A DNA stretch of 12,705 nt from a bacterium. Lineage in GTDB: Bacteria > Sysuimicrobiota > Sysuimicrobiia > Sysuimicrobiales > Humicultoraceae. The stretch is taken from positions 1 to 12,705 of the forward strand of contig JBGQGY010000107.1 of assembly GCA_041497675.1 (NCBI GenBank), written 5' to 3'. Both the position numbers and the translations under genes were made by a program. Numbering within the stretch: the first letter of the stretch is position 1; each line of letters starts with the position of its first letter. Under the pieces are notes generated by a model. That model did not search any database. It saw only the letters and a program-made list of their open reading frames with translations, and was not told where the DNA came from. Shown here piece after piece: positions 6,537-12,705 of the stretch.

Positions 6537-7642
6537 TAGCAGGTCGTCAGCACGAGCGGCCAGCGCAACTCCATCAGGGCATGGTCGTCCTGGTAGCCTT
6601 TCGAGACGGTCCGGTACGGACAGGGCAGCTCTTCGTCGGTGATCCCGACCCGGCACAGCCGGCAGCGCAAATACCCCGTCTTCCAGCACTCCGTGTCGAC
6701 CGTCGGGATGGGCCAGCCGGCTTCCTCGGCCAGCATCCGCCCCGCGACCATCGTGCACGCTCGATACTCGCGCTCCATCCGGCTATCGCGCTCGAGCAGC
6801 CGCTGCGCGCGCAGACGGTCCGCCAGCGCCTCGCTGATCTCGAAGATACCGGTTCGAATGAAGAAGAGCGGGATGTAATAGTCCGCGGCAATCTCAAAGC
6901 TCTCCGCGTCGTGTAGCGCGGAGAGGGTACGATAGTCGTCCGTCGTCGGAATCCCGTCGATTTTCCTCGTCGTGAGAAACTTGGCAAAGAGAAACGCGAG
7001 TTTGCAGAACGGCCAGTCAAAATAAGAAGTTGGAAAGTTCACGACGAGCTGCTGGACGAGCCCTGAGCCGTCGCTCCGAAACAGACGGCCTTCCGCGCGC
7101 TCAAGCACGCGCGCCGCGTGCCCGCCGTAATGATCCGCCAGCACCCGGCCGACCTCGTTGAACTTGGCCAGCCGCTGCGGCAGCATTTGCAGCGTGACCT
7201 CACCGGTGCGCTCGTCGCGGTAGAAGTCCTGGACATCGGGCAGCGTCATTGACGCGAGGTAGGCCGGGTTCAACAGATCGGTCCCCCGACGAAGCGCGCG
7301 CACGTGCGCGGCCGCGATGCCCCGGGCGCCCACGTATCGCTGGCCCTCGATCTCGATCTCCCACGCCTCAACCTGCTCCTGCCGGTTCCTCCGCCAGATA
7401 CAGAACTCTTGCGCGGTGAGGACGAAAAGAAATTGCAACGTACTACGGTCGTTCGTCGGTGGGGATTCGTTTGGAAACTGGTTTGGGTCAGTGTGAAACG
7501 AGCCGCCGGCGTGCGCCAGTTCCTGCCGCATCGCCGCGGCCACCCGTTGAATATTCGCCGGGACGATCGTCACGTGCCTGGCGCCGCGCGCGAGGTCGTC
7601 GAGTTCGGCGCGCATCGCCTCGTGACCGTACAGGATTGCCAC
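6533..7642 (-). CDS. Divergent queuosine-salvage (Qng1/DUF2419, Q_salvage)-like nucleoside/nucleotide N-glycosylase-hydrolase
   Basis: C-terminal 369 aa of the 513-aa track ORF. The likely start is GTG 7642, 5 nt after the permease TGA (alternative ATG 7615). Motifs are collinear with the recalled Qng1 pattern: ARHVTI, FLFVLTAQEFCIW (cf. F.LD.LNF.FW), RL..FNEVGRVL..HYGG, LV..LV.NFP.S..D, FCKLA (cf. FYKRAQ), ADYYIP...RTGI..IS..L (cf. ADY.VPQ.L..LG...YS), EREYRA (cf. EVEIRA), D..CW (cf. D..LW) and terminal TTCY (cf. T.FY). Confidence 0.75.
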   Translation of the reverse strand: MAILYGHEAMRAELDDLARGARHVTIVPANIQRVAAAMRQELAHAGGSFHTDPNQFPNESPPTNDRSTLQFLFVLTAQEFCIWRRNRQEQVEAWEIEIEGQRYVGARGIAAAHVRALRRGTDLLNPAYLASMTLPDVQDFYRDERTGEVTLQMLPQRLAKFNEVGRVLADHYGGHAARVLERAEGRLFRSDGSGLVQQLVVNFPTSYFDWPFCKLAFLFAKFLTTRKIDGIPTTDDYRTLSALHDAESFEIAADYYIPLFFIRTGIFEISEALADRLRAQRLLERDSRMEREYRACTMVAGRMLAEEAGWPIPTVDTECWKTGYLRCRLCRVGITDEELPCPYRTVSKGYQDDHALMELRWPLVLTTCY

Positions 7643-7647
7643 CGGAG

Positions 7648-8556
7648 TCAGCCCTTCAGACCGCTCATGATCACGCCCTGCACGTAGTACCGCTGCAGGA
7701 CGAGGAAGAGCACGACAATCGGAATCGTCGCCATGGTGCTCGCGGCGAACGTCAGGTCCCAACGCGTCTGGACCTCGGTCGCGAAACTGGCTATGGCGAC
7801 CTGGATGACGCGTTTCTCCGCGGCGGGCGCCGCGATCAGGGGCCAGAGGAACGCGTCCCAGCTCGCCTGAAACCGGATCAGCGCGAAGGCCACAAGAGCC
7901 GGGATCGAGTTCGGCAGCACGATGCGGCGGAATGCCCCAAAGTACGAGCACCCATCGATGCGCGCCGCCTCCTCGAGCTCTTTGGGAATTTCCTGGAAGA
8001 ACTGGCGCAGCAAGAAGATGCCCAAGGGGTTGGCGACCCATGGGATGATCAATGCTTGATAGGTGTTGATCCACCCATACGAACGAACCTGTATGTACAG
8101 CGGGATCGCCAACACCTCGAACGGGACGATCATGGTGGACAGAAAGAGCCCAAAGAGCACGTGACGCCCCGGAAACTCGAGTTTGGCGAAGGCGTAGGCG
8201 GCCAGCGCGTTGACCACTAGGCTGAGGATGGTCACCGACAGCGCCACGAACACGCTGTTGGCCAAGTATCGGGAAAAGGGGAACGGCACCAGGTGGAACA
8301 GTTCACGATACGCGTCCAGGGTGAACACCTGGGGAATGAAGGTCTTCCACGACAGGGGGAAGATGTATTGGAAGATCTCGCGCGCCGGTTTGAGCGAAGA
8401 AGAGAACATCCAGAGATACGGGACGATGAACCCCACAGCGAGCGCGCCAAGCGTCAGGTACAGCAGCCCGCCGCCGGCGAGGCGTCTGGCGGATGCGCCC
8501 CACAGGCTTCGGGTGCCGACCCCGCCGGGGTGCCCGCGGTTCGTCAACGCCTCCAC
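7648..8556 (-). CDS. Carbohydrate (CUT1) ABC transporter permease, MalG-like
   Basis: 302 aa. SSLKP, YLANS, AAYAFAKLEFPGR, FLLRQFF..IPKELEEAARIDG (EAA loop), WDAFLWPL and QRYYVQG...SGLKG. Confidence 0.96.
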   Translation of the reverse strand: MEALTNRGHPGGVGTRSLWGASARRLAGGGLLYLTLGALAVGFIVPYLWMFSSSLKPAREIFQYIFPLSWKTFIPQVFTLDAYRELFHLVPFPFSRYLANSVFVALSVTILSLVVNALAAYAFAKLEFPGRHVLFGLFLSTMIVPFEVLAIPLYIQVRSYGWINTYQALIIPWVANPLGIFLLRQFFQEIPKELEEAARIDGCSYFGAFRRIVLPNSIPALVAFALIRFQASWDAFLWPLIAAPAAEKRVIQVAIASFATEVQTRWDLTFAASTMATIPIVVLFLVLQRYYVQGVIMSGLKG

Positions 8557-8557
8557 G

Positions 8558-9439
8558 TCAATACTCCACGGTCGTACGCAGCAGGCGGAACTGGATCAGG
8601 GTCAACAGGAGGACGATCCCCAGAAGAATCACGGACATGGCCGACGCGTAGCCCATTTGGAAGTAGCGGAACGCGGTACGAAAGATATAGAACACCATGA
8701 CCATCGTGCTCTCGGCCGGCCCGCCGTCCGTCATCAGGTACACGGGGGTAAAGATCTTGAAGGCCGCGATCGTGCCGACGACCACGACAAAGACGGCCGG
8801 CCGCCGCAGCAGCGGCAGGGTGATCCGCACAAAGGCCCTCCACGGCGACGCCCCATCGATCGACGCGCTTTCGTACAGGTCGACCGCGATGGACTGCACC
8901 CCTGCCAGGAAGATGAGCATGTAGAACCCGACGTCCTTCCATACACCCATCGCGACCAGGCTGAGCAGCGCCTGGCTGGTGCTGGAGAGAAACGGCTGCG
9001 CCGGCAGTCCCACCGTGCGGAGGAACGCGTTGATGAAGCCCTGCGAGTTGTACAACAGCTTCCACACCGTGCTGATCACGACCAGCGACGTGACAACCGG
9101 CACGAAAAACGCCGAGCGGAAGAACGCGAGCCCGCGGATGCGCTGCTTCAACAGCAGCGCCAGACCCAAGGCCATGGCGGTCTGGAACCCAACGAGGAGA
9201 AACGTGTACAGCAGGGTGTTCTTTAGGGCGATCCGAAAGACCGGGTCCTTGACGGCCCGATCATAGTTCTCGAGCCCGACGGGGATCTGCTCGGGATTCA
9301 GCAGCGAGTAGTCAAAGAAACTGATGCGCAGCGCCTGTGCGATGGGCAGGATCGAGAACAACACAATCCCGACGGCCGCCGGGAGGAGAAACGCAGCGGC
9401 CGTCGCGTATCGTTGACGCCGAATGCCTGAGACCCGCAT
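8558..9439 (-). CDS. Carbohydrate (CUT1) ABC transporter permease, MalF/UgpA-like
   Basis: 293 aa. FLLPA, VGLENY, RSAFFVP, WKDVGFYMLIFLAG.QSI..DLYESASIDGA, ITLPLL, MTDGGP..ST and MGYASA. Confidence 0.96.
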   Translation of the reverse strand: MRVSGIRRQRYATAAAFLLPAAVGIVLFSILPIAQALRISFFDYSLLNPEQIPVGLENYDRAVKDPVFRIALKNTLLYTFLLVGFQTAMALGLALLLKQRIRGLAFFRSAFFVPVVTSLVVISTVWKLLYNSQGFINAFLRTVGLPAQPFLSSTSQALLSLVAMGVWKDVGFYMLIFLAGVQSIAVDLYESASIDGASPWRAFVRITLPLLRRPAVFVVVVGTIAAFKIFTPVYLMTDGGPAESTMVMVFYIFRTAFRYFQMGYASAMSVILLGIVLLLTLIQFRLLRTTVEY

Positions 9440-9448
9440 TGCGCGAGT

Positions 9449-10717
9449 TTAGCGCCCTCCCCGCGTGAGCGCCACGTCGAGCCGCCCGGCAGCATCATCG
9501 AGCGTTCGCTGCACGTCGCGTCCCAACGCGATGTCCTTGGCCACCGCCAGGAAGGTATCGAAGAAGTAGTTGTAGGCCGCGGTGTTGGGGCGGTGGATCG
9601 CACACTTCTGCAACTGGGCGGTGAAAATGTCCCACGGGTACTGCTTGAACTGCTGCTCCTTTTGGATCAGCGACTTGCGCACGGGGAGATACCCGCTCGA
9701 ACGCACCCACTCAGCATGCTTCTCGCGGGTCAGATAGTCAGTCAGCGACCAGGCGACGTCCGGATTCTTCGTCTTGGCGGCGATCGAGACGTTCCAGCCG
9801 CCGGCGGTCACCGCGCAGCGCTTGTTCTTGAACATCGGGACCACCGCATACTTGAAGTCCGGGAAGCGCCTGTCGAGGAACGCGCGATAGGTGCTGGGCG
9901 CCTGGAACATGGCGATCCTCCCGGTCGGGAACCCATCGGGAATCGGGTCGACGGCGATCACCCGGTGCCGGGTGAACAGATCCTGATACCACTTCATCGC
10001 CTCGACCGTCGCCGGGCCGTTGAGAAACCCCGTGGCCTTCTTGAGATCGGGGCTCAGCACCGCGCCGTTATTCTGGACGATCACCGGCAGCATCGGCCAA
10101 TCGCTGAGATGGCGCAGCACACCAAAGCCCCACACATCGGTGCGATCGCCGGTGCGCTTGGTGACGCGCCGCGCGATGTTGACGAACTCATCCCAGGTCC
10201 AGGCGTCTTCTAGCTTTTGCGGGATCTTGATGCCCGCCTCATCGAACATCGCCCGGTTGACGAACAGGCCTTCGGTCAACTCGTGCATGGGCACGCCGTA
10301 GACCTGCCCCTTCCAGACCGGCTCGATGAGCCCGGAGTCGATGAGGTCGCCTTTGTTTTGGGGGGTGAGGTATTTGGTCAGGACCAGCAGGCTGCCCTGC
10401 GCCGCAAACGCCGCCGTCCGCACATCCATCCAGAACACGTCGGGCGCGTCGCCGGCCGCGGACGCGGTGGTGATCTTCTGATGATACTCATTGAAGGGAA
10501 AGGCATCTCTTTGGACAGTAACGCTGGGATTGGCCTTCATGAAGCCCTTCAACAGTTCGTCCATAGACGCTTCCAGCGCGGGATCCGCGGCCATCCAGAA
10601 GCGAAGTGAGACCTTCTGCTGCGCCAGCGCAACCTGCGCGGGTGACATCGGCACGATCAGGACGACCATGAGAAGGACGAGCAACCCCGCCAGCAAGCGG
10701 GTCGGTGGCTTGCGCAT
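9449..10717 (-). CDS. Carbohydrate (CUT1) ABC transporter substrate-binding protein, family 1
   Basis: 422 aa from ATG 10717, which has an AGGGGGTGG RBS. Sec signal MRKPPTRLLAGLLVLL...VALA-Q, then GDAPDVF, GQVYGVP, LFVNRAMFDEAGI, WTWDEF, GRIAM, GGWNVSI and GYLP. The track start at 10822 adds 35 residues ahead of the signal peptide. Confidence 0.93.
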   Translation of the reverse strand: MRKPPTRLLAGLLVLLMVVLIVPMSPAQVALAQQKVSLRFWMAADPALEASMDELLKGFMKANPSVTVQRDAFPFNEYHQKITTASAAGDAPDVFWMDVRTAAFAAQGSLLVLTKYLTPQNKGDLIDSGLIEPVWKGQVYGVPMHELTEGLFVNRAMFDEAGIKIPQKLEDAWTWDEFVNIARRVTKRTGDRTDVWGFGVLRHLSDWPMLPVIVQNNGAVLSPDLKKATGFLNGPATVEAMKWYQDLFTRHRVIAVDPIPDGFPTGRIAMFQAPSTYRAFLDRRFPDFKYAVVPMFKNKRCAVTAGGWNVSIAAKTKNPDVAWSLTDYLTREKHAEWVRSSGYLPVRKSLIQKEQQFKQYPWDIFTAQLQKCAIHRPNTAAYNYFFDTFLAVAKDIALGRDVQRTLDDAAGRLDVALTRGGR

Positions 10718-10774
10718 CGTCGTTCCACCCCCTATGACGTTGTCCAGCTTCTTGCAGCCGCGAGTGGCTAGGAG

Positions 10775-10803
10775 GTTTCCGCCCGCCGCCGGGGCTCTCC
10801 TGC
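10775..10803 (-). promoter_or_regulatory. Putative internal promoter GCAGGA-N17-GGAAAC upstream of the CUT1 binding-protein gene
   Basis: The minus strand reads GCAGGAGAGCCCCGGCGGCGGGCGGAAAC inside the 101-nt gap between the CoA-transferase and the binding-protein gene. It has the same architecture as 648-676. Confidence 0.4.
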
Positions 10804-10818
10804 CGACGCGCGCGTTCG

Positions 10819-12009
10819 TCATCGTCCTACACGGCTGGTGTCGTCGACCATGGCCGCGATCTCGTCGGGTCCAAAACCCAGTTCCGTGAGGACCTGGTGT
10901 GTGTGTTCACCCAGGCGCGGGGGCGCCAGGCGGACGGATCCGGGTGTCCCTTCGAGCTTCACAGGTATCCCCACTGTTTTGATCGGCCCCAGGTCGCGAT
11001 GGGGAATCTCAATGACCATCTGGTTGTGTGCCACCTGCGGTTCGATCAGAATCTCATCGATAGAGTTCACACGCGAACAAAGAATGTCGACGGATTCGAG
11101 ACCGTCGATGACCTGTTTGGTCGTCCGCGTGCCGAATTCCTGACGCCAGCGGCTCTGCAGCTCGTCCCGGCGGGCCATTTGCTCCTTGTGCGTGGCGTAC
11201 CGCGGATCGGCCGACAAATCCTCGATGCCCAGCCCTTGGCAAATCAGCTGGAGCGGATTGGGTTTGAACGCGCCCACCATCACGACGTATCCGTCGAGGG
11301 TTTTGAACGTCCCCGAGAGCGGGAACGATCCCCAGTTCAACTGCTCGCCCAGGTTCAGCCACACGGTCGCTTCCTGCAGCTGCATGGCCAGCATGCCGTC
11401 GAGCAGTGAAGCGTGGACGACCTGTCCTTCACCCGTCCGCGCCCGCGCCAGCAGCGCCAGCAGGATCGCCTGGACCAGCAGCATCCCGGCGGTGAAGTCG
11501 GCGATCGGCGTCGCGCACGGCTCAGGCGGCGCCTTGGGATCGGCGCGCCGCGCGGCGATCCCGCTCATCGCCTGCGCAAGCACGTCCTGGCCGCCCTTAT
11601 CGCGATACGGGCCGCTCGGACCGTACCCGCTCCCGAAGGCAAAAATGAGACGCGGGTTGAGGGCCCTCAGGTGCTCGGCGCCAAACCCCAACCGCTCCAT
11701 CACGCCCGGCCGGAAGTTATGCACGACCACGTCGGCCTTCCGGGCGAGCCGGTAGATTGCCTCACGCCCCAGCGGCGACCGCACGTCGATCGCGACGCTG
11801 CGTTTGTTGCGGTTTAGGCTCCAGAAGATCGCGCTCTCACCGCTGGCATGCTTCATGTGCATACGCGACAGATCGCCCTGCCCCGGGCGCTCGATCTTGA
11901 TGACGTCCGCGCCGAAGTCTCCCAGCGTCTGCGTGCAGCACGGCCCAAGCTCGATCTGGGTAAAGTCGAGCACGACGATCCCCTCGAGCGGGCCTACCGG
12001 CCGGACCAT
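10819..12009 (-). CDS. Family III (CaiB/BaiF/Frc) CoA-transferase
   Basis: 396 aa from ATG 12009, with an AGGAG RBS. PLEGIVVLDFT, GP, LGDFGADVIKIERP..GD, NRNKRS, ADVVVHNFRPGVMERLG, NPRLI and GYGPSGPY motifs. IADFTAG carries the catalytic Asp (residue 171, codon 11497-11499). C-terminal PRLGEHT. Confidence 0.96.
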   Translation of the reverse strand: MVRPVGPLEGIVVLDFTQIELGPCCTQTLGDFGADVIKIERPGQGDLSRMHMKHASGESAIFWSLNRNKRSVAIDVRSPLGREAIYRLARKADVVVHNFRPGVMERLGFGAEHLRALNPRLIFAFGSGYGPSGPYRDKGGQDVLAQAMSGIAARRADPKAPPEPCATPIADFTAGMLLVQAILLALLARARTGEGQVVHASLLDGMLAMQLQEATVWLNLGEQLNWGSFPLSGTFKTLDGYVVMVGAFKPNPLQLICQGLGIEDLSADPRYATHKEQMARRDELQSRWRQEFGTRTTKQVIDGLESVDILCSRVNSIDEILIEPQVAHNQMVIEIPHRDLGPIKTVGIPVKLEGTPGSVRLAPPRLGEHTHQVLTELGFGPDEIAAMVDDTSRVGR

Positions 12010-12705
12010 TTCGGCACTCTCCTTTCGAGGAATGCGTTGACGCCTTCGGTGTGATCCTCCGAGCTCATCGACTTCGCCAGCGCCGCGGGCACCAGCGCCA
12101 CCGCCGCCGGCAGGGGCAGCCCCAGACCGGCCATCACGGCGGCCTTCGTCCCCTGCACCGACAGCGGTGCGCACTCCAGAATCTGCTGCGCCCAACGGCG
12201 CGCCGCGCTCATCAGGTCGTTGGCCGGTATGACTTCATTGACCAGCCCGATGCGCCAGCCCTCCGCCGCGGAGATGCGACGGGCCGTCATCAACATCCCC
12301 ATCGCGATCTTGAGCGGCACGTGGCGTACGAGGCGGTGCATGCCGCCATCCATGGCTGTCCGGCCGATACGCGGTTCGGGAAACCCGAACTCGGCCTGCT
12401 CGGCGGCGACAATGATATCGCACGCGAGCGCGAGTTCGAACCCCCCGCCGACCGCGACGCCATTCACCGCGGCGATAATGGGCTTGCTGCCGTCGAACCG
12501 CAGCGCCAGCCCGCCGATGCCCCGCGGATGCCTGACGGCAAGAAAACTCTTGCCGGACGGTTCTTTCATGTCGTAGCCGGCGCAAAACGCCTTGTCGCCG
12601 GCGCCGGTCAGGATCGCGACACGCAGGTCGGGGTCGCCTTCATAGTCGTTCCAAATCTGATCGAGTTCGTCGGTGGCGGGACGGTGCAGCGCGTTGCGGA
12701 CTTCG
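11994..12705 (-). CDS. Enoyl-CoA hydratase/isomerase (crotonase superfamily, CaiD/DpgD-like), 5' end outside the window
   Basis: The frame stays open to the right edge: EVRNALHRPATDELDQIWNDYEGDPDLRVAILTGAGDKAFCAGYDMKE...KPIIAAVNGVAVGGGFELALACDIIVAAEQAEFGFPEPRIG...EGVNAFLERRVPKWSGR. Both catalytic Glu positions (GGGFE, FPE) are present. It overlaps the CoA-transferase start by 16 nt. Confidence 0.95.
   Translation of the reverse strand, partial: EVRNALHRPATDELDQIWNDYEGDPDLRVAILTGAGDKAFCAGYDMKEPSGKSFLAVRHPRGIGGLALRFDGSKPIIAAVNGVAVGGGFELALACDIIVAAEQAEFGFPEPRIGRTAMDGGMHRLVRHVPLKIAMGMLMTARRISAAEGWRIGLVNEVIPANDLMSAARRWAQQILECAPLSVQGTKAAVMAGLGLPLPAAVALVPAALAKSMSSEDHTEGVNAFLERRVPKWSGR

Noticed and set aside
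7643..8074. 144-aa N-terminal extension of the 513-aa ORF, suggesting a fusion or overlapping gene
   Set aside because: It lies in an alternative frame of the MalG-like permease and reads as low-information Arg/Gly/Pro-rich sequence. Qng1-like similarity starts only after GTG 7642.
8210..9226. Long antisense or alternative-frame ORFs (e.g. 8210-9226 +, 5092-5853 -, 7459-8220 +, 869-1585 -)
   Set aside because: These are expected in GC-rich DNA opposite well-supported genes, and none has a recognisable domain motif.
10718..10822. 35-aa N-terminal extension of the CUT1 binding protein from ATG 10822
   Set aside because: ATG 10717 has a strong RBS and directly begins a normal signal peptide, and the extension spans the candidate promoter. 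The ATGA overlap means it cannot be fully excluded.
12010..12195. 62-aa extension of the CoA-transferase
   Set aside because: It is an alternative frame of the hydratase gene. The family N-terminus and an AGGAG RBS point to ATG 12009.
10819..12705. Assignment as carnitine (caiB/caiD), formyl-CoA transferase (frc) or dpgD genes
   Set aside because: Only family-level motifs are visible. No caiT/caiA/caiC, oxc or dpgABC context is present in the window, so no gene symbols were given.
1..12705. CRISPR arrays, tRNA/rRNA, IS elements, prophage or defence genes
   Set aside because: No spaced direct repeats, cloverleaf-like segments, transposase, integrase or nuclease motifs were seen, and nearly all bases are accounted for by metabolic and transport genes.

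Overview
GC-rich bacterial window, almost fully coding, with no mobile elements, CRISPR arrays or RNA genes recognised. At the left edge is a truncated minus-strand LysE-family exporter that the ORF track missed. A short divergent intergenic region (612-721) leads into a plus-strand operon: Tat-exported family-5 (Opp/Dpp) solute-binding protein, two permeases, a Gfo/Idh/MocA oxidoreductase, a secreted HExxH zinc-peptidase-like protein and an ICMT/PEMT-family methyltransferase. This operon meets a minus-strand cluster head-on, with overlapping stop codons at 6533-6536. The minus-strand cluster encodes a CaiD/DpgD-like enoyl-CoA hydratase (truncated at the right edge), a family III CoA-transferase, a CUT1 ABC binding protein with two permeases, and a divergent Qng1/Q_salvage (DUF2419)-like N-glycosylase. 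The most interesting element is this Qng1-like gene: it keeps the catalytic-type ADY and FxK motifs, has altered flanking residues and an extra Cys-rich segment, and closes an ABC uptake unit next to CoA-dependent enzymes. That suggests uptake and breakdown of a modified nucleoside that may not be queuosine. Both binding-protein genes are preceded by the same GCAGGAG-N15-CGNANAC motif. All family calls come from motif recognition by eye; no searches were run.
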